From a virus (taxonomy: Duplodnaviria; Caudoviricetes): a DNA stretch of 27,779 nt. The DNA lies in the IMG/VR virus record IMGVR_UViG_3300020365_000101, positions 1 to 27,779 of that record; one strand, written 5' to 3'. The first letter of the stretch is position 1; each line of letters opens with the position of its first letter. Positions 1 through 8,365 of the stretch are shown here, in pieces. The notes under the pieces were generated by a model. It ran no database searches, was not told the origin of the DNA, and worked only from the letters and a program-made list of their open reading frames with translations. Both the position numbers and the translations under genes were made by a program.

Positions 1-2
1 CC

Positions 3-275
3 AATCAGATCGACATGGAGATCGTTGGTAAAGAAGGCCGTGCAGCGATTCTTCGTGAAGTGGCTAAAGGGTTGCAAATGCCTGTGGACGACATCATCCC
101 ATCTAGGGAGAAGGAAGGCTACATGAATCGAATGGCAGCTACAATGCAGCTTGAAGCTAAACAAGCAGAACAAGCAGCAGGAGGTAAGCCAGCCGAGATG
201 CAGCCTGACGGTACCCCCAAAGGTGGGCAAGATGCGAACACAGTTAGTAACCGCGACACAGGAGGAGCAGGATGA
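3..275 (+). CDS. Portal protein, C-terminal fragment (5' truncated by window)
   Basis: The frame is open from the window edge (NQIDMEIVGKEGRAAILREVAKGLQMPVDDIIP...) and ends in a Q/A/G-rich tail. It sits directly upstream of the small protein-scaffold-capsid block, the usual portal position. Confidence 0.7.
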   Translation, partial: NQIDMEIVGKEGRAAILREVAKGLQMPVDDIIPSREKEGYMNRMAATMQLEAKQAEQAAGGKPAEMQPDGTPKGGQDANTVSNRDTGGAG

Positions 276-490
276 TCCGGCCCTCTCCTGAAGTTACTAA
301 GGCACTAGCCGCAAGTGTGCGCCAATATCCCGAGATAGCTAAATGGCTACAGGAATGGCGTATGCACGAGTTAGAGCAGCTACCCAACGTCGCACAGAAT
401 ACGACACTTGCACAGGGGCGGTGTCAAGTTCTGTCAGAGCTTTCTAAGCTCGTGAGCGAGTCCCCTGAGATAGCGGCAAAGTCATCATGA
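272..490 (+). CDS. Small conserved protein between portal and scaffold (Bbp19-like position)
   Basis: AGGAG RBS, ATGA overlap with the portal stop, helical 72 aa with a 'QGRCQVL' motif typical of the small gene after podoviral portals. Confidence 0.7.
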   Translation: MIRPSPEVTKALAASVRQYPEIAKWLQEWRMHELEQLPNVAQNTTLAQGRCQVLSELSKLVSESPEIAAKSS

Positions 491-527
491 CAGCTGTTAA
501 TTGCGCACACCGATAGGAGCGTTCAAC

Positions 528-1538
528 ATGGCAATACCAAAGCAAGTTCAGATGCAATCTGAGGCAGTACAAGAACTTTATAAGGAACTCAATGGTGAGG
601 TTGAGGCACAGGGCGATGCGCCCGAGGCTGAAGCTAATACTAATGAGGCACCTGTAGAGGAGGTTGTAGCCGACAGTGCAGAAGAGCAAGCACCTCAGTC
701 TGGAACCGAGGAGCAAGGACAACCAGACACCGAAACTAAAGATACTTGGGAACAGAAGTACAAAACACTGCAGGGTATGTACAATGCAGAGGTTCCCCGC
801 ATGAAAGCGGAGAATCGTGAGTTGACATCCCGTGTTTCTCAAATGGAGCAACTGCTTAGCACTTTGAATAACCAACCCGTTGCACAGCCTGAGTCTACTG
901 ATCCATTGATCACAGACAAAGATGTTCAGGAGTATGGAGATTCTATTGATGTTATGCGGCGTGCAGCACGAGAAGAAGTGGCGCAAGCTAATGCTCGTGT
1001 AGCGCAGCTAGAGAAGCAAGTAATGCAGATGCAGACCAGCGTGGTACCGCAGATGAATCAGATCTCGCACGCACAGGCTCAGTCAGCAACGCAGCAGTTT
1101 TGGGCAGATCTTTCCAATAAAATACCCGAGTGGAATGACATCAATAATGATCAAAACTTTCAGTCTTGGTTGTTAGAGATTGACCCGCTTACAGGTATTT
1201 CTCGCCAGACATATCTAGAAGACGCACAGTCTAACCTAGATTCTAACCGTGTGGCGCAGTTCTTTAAGTCTTGGCAAGAGGCAAACGGTACACCAAGTGT
1301 TGCTCAAACCAATCGGAAGGTTCCTTCTGAACAGTTGGAGAAGCAGGTATCGCCAGGGCGAGGTCGCTCAGGCACCAATACTATGCCATCCGAAGGCCAG
1401 ACGTATTCACCCGCCGACATCGAGCAGTTCTTTGATGCTGTTCGTAAGGGTAAGTACAAAGGTCGTGAAGAGGAACGTGGCCGAATAGAGCGTGACATTT
1501 TCGCTGCACAGCGAGAAGGTCGCATAGTCACTGCATAA
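528..1538 (+). CDS. Capsid scaffolding protein
   Basis: ATG at 528 follows AGGAG (515-519), a better start than the track's TTG at 501. Acidic disordered N-terminus, coiled coils (WEQKYKTLQGMYNAEVPRM), C-terminal 'IFAAQREGRI'; directly upstream of the capsid gene. Confidence 0.8.
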   Translation: MAIPKQVQMQSEAVQELYKELNGEVEAQGDAPEAEANTNEAPVEEVVADSAEEQAPQSGTEEQGQPDTETKDTWEQKYKTLQGMYNAEVPRMKAENRELTSRVSQMEQLLSTLNNQPVAQPESTDPLITDKDVQEYGDSIDVMRRAAREEVAQANARVAQLEKQVMQMQTSVVPQMNQISHAQAQSATQQFWADLSNKIPEWNDINNDQNFQSWLLEIDPLTGISRQTYLEDAQSNLDSNRVAQFFKSWQEANGTPSVAQTNRKVPSEQLEKQVSPGRGRSGTNTMPSEGQTYSPADIEQFFDAVRKGKYKGREEERGRIERDIFAAQREGRIVTA

Positions 1539-1554
1539 TTAAAAGGAGGCTAAC

Positions 1555-2463
1555 ATGGCTTTTGCAGTATCATCAGGTCGTCCGGACTACACGGGCAACT
1601 TTATTCCTGAGATCTGGTCAGGCAAGCTCATCGAGAATTTCTACGATGCGACTGTTCTGTCTGCGATCTCTAACACTGACTACGAAGGTGAAATTCGTAA
1701 CATGGGTGACACGGTTAACATCCGTACCACTCCGGAGATCACCATTCAAACCTACGTTAAGGGCCAGACTCTTGCAGTCGAAAACCCTGACAAGGCTAAA
1801 CTGCAGCTCGTAATCGACAAAGGCGAGTACTTCGCTTGCGTTGAAGACGATGTTGATCAGGTTCAGTCTGACATCGCTTTGATGGATATGTGGTCTAAAG
1901 ACGCTTCTGAGCGTATGAAGATCAAAATCGACGAGCGTGTCTTGACTGATCTACTACCAGATGTATCCGCAAATAACAAAGGCACAACAGCTGGCGCTAT
2001 TTCTGGGAACATTGATCTTGGTGTAGCAGGTACTCCCGAAGCTCTTACAAAGAGCAATGTCATTGATAAAATCGTAGACATGGGAACAGTTCTTGACGAA
2101 GCTAACTGTCCAGAAGGGGATCGCTTCCTTGTGATTCCTGCGAAGATGGCTGGCCTTATCAAGCAGTCTGACCTGAAAGACGCATCCATTACTGGTGACA
2201 ATCAGTCGCCGCTGCGTAATGGCCGTCTGGGCATGATCGACCGCTTTACTGTTTACGTTTCCCACAACCTGAAGAAAACTGCAGGCGGTGAGTTCAGCGT
2301 AATCGGTGGTCATAAGATGGGCTTTACATTTGCATCTCAGATGACAAACATGGAAACCATCCGGTCTGAAACAACTTTTGGCAACATCATTCGTGGTCTT
2401 CAAGTTTACGGCTATAAAGTCGTTAAGCCTGAAGCTCTAGCCACAATGATTGTTACTGTATAA
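1555..2463 (+). CDS. Major capsid protein (HK97 fold, P22-coat-like)
   Basis: Strong AGGAGG RBS; motifs FIPEIWSGKL, YEGEI..GDTVNI and FGNIIRGLQVYGYKVVKPEAL; biased codon usage consistent with high expression. Confidence 0.92.
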   Translation: MAFAVSSGRPDYTGNFIPEIWSGKLIENFYDATVLSAISNTDYEGEIRNMGDTVNIRTTPEITIQTYVKGQTLAVENPDKAKLQLVIDKGEYFACVEDDVDQVQSDIALMDMWSKDASERMKIKIDERVLTDLLPDVSANNKGTTAGAISGNIDLGVAGTPEALTKSNVIDKIVDMGTVLDEANCPEGDRFLVIPAKMAGLIKQSDLKDASITGDNQSPLRNGRLGMIDRFTVYVSHNLKKTAGGEFSVIGGHKMGFTFASQMTNMETIRSETTFGNIIRGLQVYGYKVVKPEALATMIVTV

Positions 2464-2476
2464 GGAGGGCTAGATC

Positions 2477-2932
2477 ATGGCTACTTATAACGATGGTAAA
2501 GGTTACAACATGGGTACAGGTGCCGCGCACGTTGCTGCAGGCATCAACAAAGTATCTGCTGTATCTGTAACACTAAACTTTGCAACAATCACTACTGAGC
2601 GTGCAGCAGCAGGACTTACTGCTCTAGCTGCAACCGACGTATTGGAAGTTATTAAAGTTCCAGCAAACACTCTAGTCACTAACGTGGCTTTGAATGTTAC
2701 TACTGCTGAGGGCGGAACACTGACAATCGACGTTGGTGACGGCGATGATCCTGACGGATTCCTCGACGGCGTAAACGGTAATGCCACAGCAGCGTATCTT
2801 CCTGTTGCTGGCACAGCTGCTTACGAGCAAGGTAAGTACTATACAGCTGCTGATACAATCGACGTTACTACTGTTAACGCCGCAGACGCAGCAGTTATGA
2901 CACTTACTGCAATCATGGTAGATTGTTCATAA
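2477..2932 (+). CDS. Capsid decoration/cement-like protein
   Basis: AGGAGG RBS; 151 aa, A/T/V-rich and beta-type (TLTIDVGDGDDPDGFLDG...YYTAADTIDV); follows the capsid gene and precedes a terminator. Confidence 0.7.
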   Translation: MATYNDGKGYNMGTGAAHVAAGINKVSAVSVTLNFATITTERAAAGLTALAATDVLEVIKVPANTLVTNVALNVTTAEGGTLTIDVGDGDDPDGFLDGVNGNATAAYLPVAGTAAYEQGKYYTAADTIDVTTVNAADAAVMTLTAIMVDCS

Positions 2933-2939
2933 CTTGGAT

Positions 2940-2964
2940 AGGGGGCTTCGGCCCCCTTCCTTAC
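2940..2964 (+). terminator. Rho-independent terminator-like hairpin
   Basis: AGGGGGC-TTCG-GCCCCCT perfect 7-bp stem with a C(UUCG)G tetraloop, 7 nt after the decoration gene stop. The T-tail is weak (TCCTTAC). Confidence 0.8.
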
Positions 2965-2976
2965 AGAGGGTTAGTT

Positions 2977-3138
2977 ATGGCGAAAAAAGCAGTTCAAGCA
3001 CCAAAAGGCTATCATTGGATGAAAGCTGGTAAAGGCTATAAGCTAATGAAAAATCCACCCGCAGGTTACAAACCTCATAAAGGTGCTAGCTTAAAAGCCA
3101 CATTTGAAATACAGAAGGTTCATAATGGCAAAAATTGA
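2977..3138 (+). CDS. Small Lys-rich hypothetical protein (53 aa)
   Basis: GAGGG RBS then ATG 2977 (MAKKAVQAPKGYHWMKAGKGYKLMK...). The track start at 2923 would cross the terminator. Confidence 0.75.
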   Translation: MAKKAVQAPKGYHWMKAGKGYKLMKNPPAGYKPHKGASLKATFEIQKVHNGKN

Positions 3139-3370
3139 TAAGTCTAAAATGGCCTGTAATAAACCCAAACGTCAGGTTTCTGGGGGTAAAAAATTTGTTG
3201 TTAAGGCATGTCAGAACGGTAAAGAAAAGATAATCCGGTTCGGGGATGCCAATATGAAAATTAAAAAGAATCAACCTGGGCGGCGTAAAAACTTCCGCGC
3301 AAGACATGGCTGCGATAGTAGACCGCCCTCAAAGATGACCGCACGTTATTGGTCTTGTAAGAAGTGGTGA
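3125..3370 (+). CDS. Small basic Cys-containing protein (DUF5754-like)
   Basis: MAKIDKSKMACNKPKR...KIIRFGD..M.IKK..PGRRKNFRARHGC....ARYWSCKKW. The RFG / RRxxFRARH / YWS..W pattern is recalled from a viral DUF family; not searched. Confidence 0.75.
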   Translation: MAKIDKSKMACNKPKRQVSGGKKFVVKACQNGKEKIIRFGDANMKIKKNQPGRRKNFRARHGCDSRPPSKMTARYWSCKKW

Positions 3371-3374
3371 TAAC

Positions 3375-3536
3375 ATGGCAGCTCCTAAAGCAAAGTCTAA
3401 AAAAGACGCTTGTTACTATAAAGTAAAGGCGCGGTATAAAGTTTGGCCTTCGGCTTATGCCTCAGGGGCTTTGGCTAAATGCCGAAAGGTTGGAGCAGCA
3501 AACTGGGGTAATAAGAGTGGCCGTAAGAAAAAGTAA
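3375..3536 (+). CDS. Small basic protein (53 aa), missing from ORF track
   Basis: Hand translation: MAAPKAKSKKDACYYKVKARYKVWPSAYASGALAKCRKVGAANWGNKSGRKKK*. It fills the gap, has GGTG upstream and a recognisable PSAYASG motif. Confidence 0.8.
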   Translation: MAAPKAKSKKDACYYKVKARYKVWPSAYASGALAKCRKVGAANWGNKSGRKKK

Positions 3537-3753
3537 AAAAGGCGCATCGCTTCGAAAGTGGTTTAGCCAAAACGACGGCAAAGGCTGGGTAGACTGCAAA
3601 ACAGGCAAACCTTGTGGACGAAGTGGGTCAAAAAGTGATAGTAAGAGGGGGTATCCAGCGTGCCGCCCTACTATGGCGCAATGTAAAACTGCAGCGGCAA
3701 AGGCAGCAATGAGGAAAAAAAGCTCGTCTAGTCGCGTTAGCTGGAAAAAATAA
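3517..3753 (+). CDS. Small basic Cys-containing protein (DUF5872-like)
   Basis: Likely GTG start at 3517 (MAVRKSKKGASLRKWF...WVDCKTGKPCGRS...YPACRP). The track start at 3457 overlaps the previous gene heavily. Confidence 0.75.
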   Translation: MAVRKSKKGASLRKWFSQNDGKGWVDCKTGKPCGRSGSKSDSKRGYPACRPTMAQCKTAAAKAAMRKKSSSSRVSWKK

Positions 3754-3763
3754 GGAGACTGAA

Positions 3764-4000
3764 ATGACCAGATGGTTAAAAAACAAAGTTGACGGCGAAA
3801 TTTACGAGTGGGATCCAATCCTAGCTGAAAATCCTAAGACAGAGGAAGTTACTGAGGAGCAAGCGTTCCCTGAGAAACATATTCCTAAGAAGCAACGTGG
3901 CAGACCTGCAAAGGTAAACTTAGCTACTGAAGAGCCAGAGGCACCTGATAACACCCCTGCAGAGCTGGCTGAAGAAGCATCAAGAGGACTACCTGAATGA
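3764..4000 (+). CDS. Hypothetical protein (78 aa)
   Basis: TAAGGAG RBS; ATGA overlap with the next gene. Confidence 0.75.
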   Translation: MTRWLKNKVDGEIYEWDPILAENPKTEEVTEEQAFPEKHIPKKQRGRPAKVNLATEEPEAPDNTPAELAEEASRGLPE

Positions 4001-4641
4001 TCTTAGACGATGTAATCTTAGAGGTTAGACGTATCATCCAAGATACCAACACACCATTTCGCTACAGCGATGCTGTATTGCTGGGGTTTGCTAATCAGGC
4101 TCTCAAGCGTATTGCTGTGTTGCGGCCTGATCTCTTTGCTTTCATCGGAGATATTACATGTACAGACGGCGAGGTTGTTCAATCTACACCGTCTGACTCT
4201 ATCCGCCTTATAGAGATATACTCTGTAAAGAACGGCAACGGGATCATCGAAACAAATCGTGAAGCGCTAGATCAGGCATACCCTACATGGATGAACGATG
4301 CAGCTGGCCCAGCTGTAAACTTTATGCGGCACGTTCGTAACCCTAATAAGTTTTTTATCTACCCGAAGGCTCCTGCAGGACAGGTGTTAATAGGTGAGTA
4401 TGCAAAGACTCCGCCTGATTATACTGGTACTCAGCCTGTAGATCTAATCCCCGACGCTTATTTTCCTGTAGTTATTGACGCTACAGTGTTTATCGCTGAG
4501 TCTGTGGACAACGAACACGTTAACTCTAATCGAGCGCAGTTGTTTCAGCAGTCGTTTACTCAGGCACTTGGCGTTGCCGCTCAGAGCCGCGCGATTACTG
4601 ATCCTGAACGTGGCGGGCTACAAGAGGAGGACGTTGTATAA
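3997..4641 (+). CDS. Head-tail adaptor-like protein (DUF6682-like)
   Basis: N-terminal 'VRRIIQD...RYSDAVLLGFANQA...RPD' and 'FFIYPKA' patterns typical of podoviral adaptor/tail tubular A proteins; size and position fit. Confidence 0.7.
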   Translation: MILDDVILEVRRIIQDTNTPFRYSDAVLLGFANQALKRIAVLRPDLFAFIGDITCTDGEVVQSTPSDSIRLIEIYSVKNGNGIIETNREALDQAYPTWMNDAAGPAVNFMRHVRNPNKFFIYPKAPAGQVLIGEYAKTPPDYTGTQPVDLIPDAYFPVVIDATVFIAESVDNEHVNSNRAQLFQQSFTQALGVAAQSRAITDPERGGLQEEDVV

Positions 4642-5294
4642 TGCCTAATAGAAAGTTTTCTGAATTAGTCACTAGGCTCGCTCCAAGCGTCCCTGGCGCT
4701 CCTAACGTAGTTGTAGAGCAGTATGTGCGGGACGCGGCTATAGAGGCGTGTGAGCGCACTCTAGCGTGGCGTCACGAGCAACCTCCCATACGTTTAACAC
4801 AGGGTGCACATGATTATGCGTATGACCCACCAAATTTTGCAGAGGTTCATGCGATTATTACAGCGACTATCAATGGCGCTAAAATGGCCCCAGTGTCTCT
4901 AGAACAACTACATGATATTTATCCAAAGTGGCCATTTGGTAGTTCTGATGATGAAGCTGAGCCTAGATACATAACGTCTATAGACCCAGATAATTTCGCA
5001 GTGGCTCCTAGACCTGATAGTATTACTACGTATGATGTACGCATGATAGTTGCTTGTAAACCTTTACGCACAGCCACAGAAATGGATAAGACGGTATTAG
5101 ATGATTTAGAAAATGTTATAATGCACGGAGCTTTACAGCATCTACTTGTGCTGCCAGAGCGAACTTGGAGTGATAGAGAGTTAGCATCTTATCATGCTAA
5201 ACAATTTGCCTTTAAGCTGGCTGAACGTAGGGCAAGGGCTAATCTGGGCACGGGTAGAAGCTCCATGCGTGTCCAATATCCAAGATTTGCATGA
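4641..5294 (+). CDS. Second adaptor-like virion protein
   Basis: GAGGAGG upstream and TAATG coupling; 'PSVPGAP...VRDAAIEACERTLAWR' and 'VIMHGALQHLLVLP...WSD' helical ends flank a beta-rich middle. Confidence 0.65.
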   Translation: MPNRKFSELVTRLAPSVPGAPNVVVEQYVRDAAIEACERTLAWRHEQPPIRLTQGAHDYAYDPPNFAEVHAIITATINGAKMAPVSLEQLHDIYPKWPFGSSDDEAEPRYITSIDPDNFAVAPRPDSITTYDVRMIVACKPLRTATEMDKTVLDDLENVIMHGALQHLLVLPERTWSDRELASYHAKQFAFKLAERRARANLGTGRSSMRVQYPRFA

Positions 5295-5302
5295 GGTGAA
5301 AC

Positions 5303-5644
5303 ATGGCGGACACAATTAAGTTAGTATCAGGAGACTCTAAACCAGTAATTGTATTAACACTTACTGATGATGTAACTGGTAGCGCGGTTGATCTGTCAGG
5401 TGGGCAAACAAGCGTTGCTGTTAGGTTTAGGAAAAAAGATAGCAGTACTCTTATCTCAACAATAGCAGCATCCAATGTAAACACAGGTACAGATGGCAAA
5501 GTACAGTTTGATTTTTCCAACGGTGCTTTGATAGGCGCAACAGCTGGGTCTTACGAAGGTGAAGTTGTAGTTACTACAGTAGGGGTAGGGACTCAAACTG
5601 TGTTTGAAAAACTATCTTTTAGAGTGAGAGATAGCCTTGCATGA
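5303..5644 (+). CDS. BppU-N-like Ig-fold virion protein
   Basis: GAGGTG RBS; pattern 'GDS.P...LTLTD...AVDLSG...G.V.F......G.YEGEV......QT......FRVR'. Confidence 0.6.
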   Translation: MADTIKLVSGDSKPVIVLTLTDDVTGSAVDLSGGQTSVAVRFRKKDSSTLISTIAASNVNTGTDGKVQFDFSNGALIGATAGSYEGEVVVTTVGVGTQTVFEKLSFRVRDSLA

Positions 5645-7398
5645 CGCTGAGACTGACGGTAGATAATGCTAATACTTTTGCTGTATCTGCGTCAGTACAT
5701 TATACAGCTATTTCTGTTGCTGCAAGTAGATTTGTAGCTTCATCAGTTGAAAAACCCAGACTAATATTTGGTGCTGGGGGCGGAATCCCCGAAGTTTTAC
5801 CACAAACTAATTTACCAACAGAGAGTGTTTCTGTTGGCGATGGGGATACTGGGTTTGCAGCTAACTTAACAAAAAGTTTTACTACTACAAAAGGCGCAGA
5901 TGACGAAGCCTTACCTTCTGATGTTCTTAACAGGTTTGATATTGATTTAATTAAAACGGACTCAGTCACAGTAACTGAGACCCGCGTAAAAGTTTTTACC
6001 GATTTTATTGATTTCGATCCTTCAGACGCTGACATAGATGCTACGCCTGTCACTATAGCTGAGGCGGACGCTAAAGATGTGGATAAGCCGTTTAGCGATA
6101 CTACTTCTGCTACTGAAGCTATATCAAATCAGCCAGATTTACCCAAAACAGACTCGGTAACTGCTAGCGATGCTGTTGATGATTTTGATGTTAACAAGGC
6201 TGCAACAGACACAGCAACAGCTTCTGAGGCGATTGACCGCTTTGATGTGACGACTGAGTTTGGCGACACAGTTACTGTCACAGAAGCTATAGAAAATGAA
6301 GTCACTATACCTAAATCGGATTCTGTTGCTGCTGTCCAGTCAAACGTAAAAACGTTTACATCTAATGTAGACTTTGACTTATCTGATGCAGATGTTGACC
6401 CAGATCCAGTAACAGCATCAGATGCTATTAACGACTTTGACATTGATAAAGGGCTTACTGACACGGCTACAGCTACTGAAGCTGATGCTAAAAACTTTAC
6501 ACATGGTGGGTTTACTGACACGGCTACAGCTACTGAATCGGATGCTAAAAACTTTACACATGGTGGGTTTACTGATGCTCTTACTGCAGTAGAAGGTATA
6601 AAGCTAGAACCTACTGTAAAACTATCATCAGCTTCTTCTGGCGCACAGACATTTGTTATTACAGTTGTTAGTTCTGGCGGAAATAAATTTGCTATTGATG
6701 GTGTTACTAATCCAGTTTTAGAGCTGTTTAGCGGTATTACTTACACGTTTGATGTCAGCGACAGTAGTAATTCTGGACATCCGTTAAGATTTAAAGATGG
6801 GTCAAGCTCTTATACTGATGGCGTTACTACAAGTGGTACAGCGGGTCAGTCGAATGCAACTGTAACTTTTGCAGTACCTAACGACGCACCTACGTCAACG
6901 TTACTCTACTACTGTACAGTACATGGAAACGCTATGGGTAACAGTATTTCTGTACCGAATAGCATAACCGCAAACCAAATCCTTGCAGTAGAATCAGCAG
7001 TGTTTGATGTACAGTCAGTGTTTTCTGATACTGCGACTGCTACAGAAAGTATACACGCTAGTCTAGCTATAGGTGATTTAACATTTATGTATCCTGATTT
7101 TGTAACTGTTTCAGACGGTTACATAGGCGGTTTCATTAAAGAACCTTATTCATACACTATTTCTAACACCGAGTATTTCGTCCCGAATACGGGCGTAATA
7201 GGAGCAGCTGAAACACTTAACACTGTTATTATGGCTGCAGACCGCGTAACTGCCCCAGATGAAAGTTCTTCTGGACTTGTTGTCAACTTCCATTATACTG
7301 ATGTGGACGAAGATGACCGAGCACTGGGTGGTTATCAATTCAACCAGACGCCTCTCAATCCTGGCAACAGCACTGTGGGGCAAAGAGCGATCTTGTAA
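5641..7398 (+). CDS. Acidic repeat-rich fibre-like virion protein with cupredoxin-like insert
   Basis: 585 aa; about 18-19-aa D/T/A/S repeats (DTATATEA...); insert with GHPLRF...YYCTVHGNAMG. Confidence 0.7.
   Translation: MTLRLTVDNANTFAVSASVHYTAISVAASRFVASSVEKPRLIFGAGGGIPEVLPQTNLPTESVSVGDGDTGFAANLTKSFTTTKGADDEALPSDVLNRFDIDLIKTDSVTVTETRVKVFTDFIDFDPSDADIDATPVTIAEADAKDVDKPFSDTTSATEAISNQPDLPKTDSVTASDAVDDFDVNKAATDTATASEAIDRFDVTTEFGDTVTVTEAIENEVTIPKSDSVAAVQSNVKTFTSNVDFDLSDADVDPDPVTASDAINDFDIDKGLTDTATATEADAKNFTHGGFTDTATATESDAKNFTHGGFTDALTAVEGIKLEPTVKLSSASSGAQTFVITVVSSGGNKFAIDGVTNPVLELFSGITYTFDVSDSSNSGHPLRFKDGSSSYTDGVTTSGTAGQSNATVTFAVPNDAPTSTLLYYCTVHGNAMGNSISVPNSITANQILAVESAVFDVQSVFSDTATATESIHASLAIGDLTFMYPDFVTVSDGYIGGFIKEPYSYTISNTEYFVPNTGVIGAAETLNTVIMAADRVTAPDESSSGLVVNFHYTDVDEDDRALGGYQFNQTPLNPGNSTVGQRAIL
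6455..6575 (+). repeat. 57-bp tandem repeat (about 2.1 copies; 19-aa unit TDTATATE[A/S]DAKNFTHGGF)
   Basis: Units start at 6455, 6512 and 6569; the first two differ only at one codon (GCT vs TCG). Confidence 0.95.
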
Positions 7399-7409
7399 AG
7401 GAGCTAACC

Positions 7410-7850
7410 ATGATTCAAGATTCTATCAAAATGACCGGTGAACTTCGGATCACGGTTACTAACCCTGAAGGGAATATCACACAGGAAACGGTTGTACCAA
7501 ACCTTGTCGTTACAGCAGGTAAAGATTTTATTGCTGAGCGTATGAAGGACGCTACTACTAGCGCTATGTCTCATATGGCTATTGGTACTGGCAGCACTGC
7601 GGCTGCAGCTGGTGATACCGCGCTAGGTACTGAAGCAGGCCGTGTTGCGCTTACCTCGACGACTGTTACGGCAAACGCAGTAGCGTATGTTGCTACGTTT
7701 GGAGCAGGTACAGGCACTGGTGCGATTACCGAGGCAGGCTTGTTTAACGCAAGCTCCAGTGGAGATATGTTGTGCCGTACAGTTTTTTCTGTTATCAATA
7801 AAGGAGCAGCTGATACTCTGGGGATTACTTGGACTGTCACTGTAAACTAA
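7410..7850 (+). CDS. Tail collar/fibre-anchor-like structural protein
   Basis: AAGGAG RBS; motifs NLVVTAG, MAIGTG, DTAL..E, ITEAGLFNA and INK...DTL.ITWT. Confidence 0.7.
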   Translation: MIQDSIKMTGELRITVTNPEGNITQETVVPNLVVTAGKDFIAERMKDATTSAMSHMAIGTGSTAAAAGDTALGTEAGRVALTSTTVTANAVAYVATFGAGTGTGAITEAGLFNASSSGDMLCRTVFSVINKGAADTLGITWTVTVN

Positions 7851-7861
7851 GGAAGTAGAAA

Positions 7862-8365
7862 ATGGGCATCAAATTTTCAAACAATGCCTTCGGCACCCTT
7901 AATGCTGGTATTACAAACAGTGCTACCAGTATTACTCTTGCGAGTGGTCAGGGTGCCCGTTTTCCTACTCTAAGCACCGATGATTACTTTTACGCCACGT
8001 TAATTGACACTGCTAACAATCTAGAGATTGTTAAGTGTACAGCTAGGAGTAGTGACGTTCTTACTGTAACTCGTGCGCAAGATAACTCAACTGCTAGGGC
8101 TTTTCTTTCCGGAGACCGTATTGAACTTCGTGTTACAGCGGCAGCGCTAGAAGAAGCTACAGCAGGCGCAGGTGGCGGATTTTACAAAGGTGAAAGAGGT
8201 AGCGTAGGAGAAGCGGTAAACAAGGGCGATATTTTTCGTATCCACGAGCAGCAGCTGGATACAAACACTACAATAGATTCTACAGAAAACGCTCTGTGCG
8301 CTGGCCCCTTAACGATAGCTTCGTCGGTAACGCTGACTGTAAACGGGAACTTGACGGTGGTATAG
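7862..8365 (+). CDS. Short tail-fibre anchor/adapter protein
   Basis: N-terminal 98 aa are paralogous to the 10495 gene (EIVK.TAR....LTVTRAQD); C-terminus is 'NALCAGPLTIASSVTLTVNGNLTVV'. Confidence 0.75.
   Translation: MGIKFSNNAFGTLNAGITNSATSITLASGQGARFPTLSTDDYFYATLIDTANNLEIVKCTARSSDVLTVTRAQDNSTARAFLSGDRIELRVTAAALEEATAGAGGGFYKGERGSVGEAVNKGDIFRIHEQQLDTNTTIDSTENALCAGPLTIASSVTLTVNGNLTVV

Noticed and set aside
501-527. Track start sites at 501 (also 2923, 3104, 3457, 13092, 13300)
   Set aside because: Downstream starts have better RBS placement and avoid long overlaps or the terminator.
2440-2480. Capsid frameshift or readthrough extension
   Set aside because: Clean TAA, no slippery heptamer, and the next gene has its own strong RBS.
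3524-3540. G-AAA-AAG slippery-like site that might fuse the 3375 and 3517 genes
   Set aside because: The downstream gene is in the +1 frame, so a -1 shift would not join them, and it has its own GTG start.
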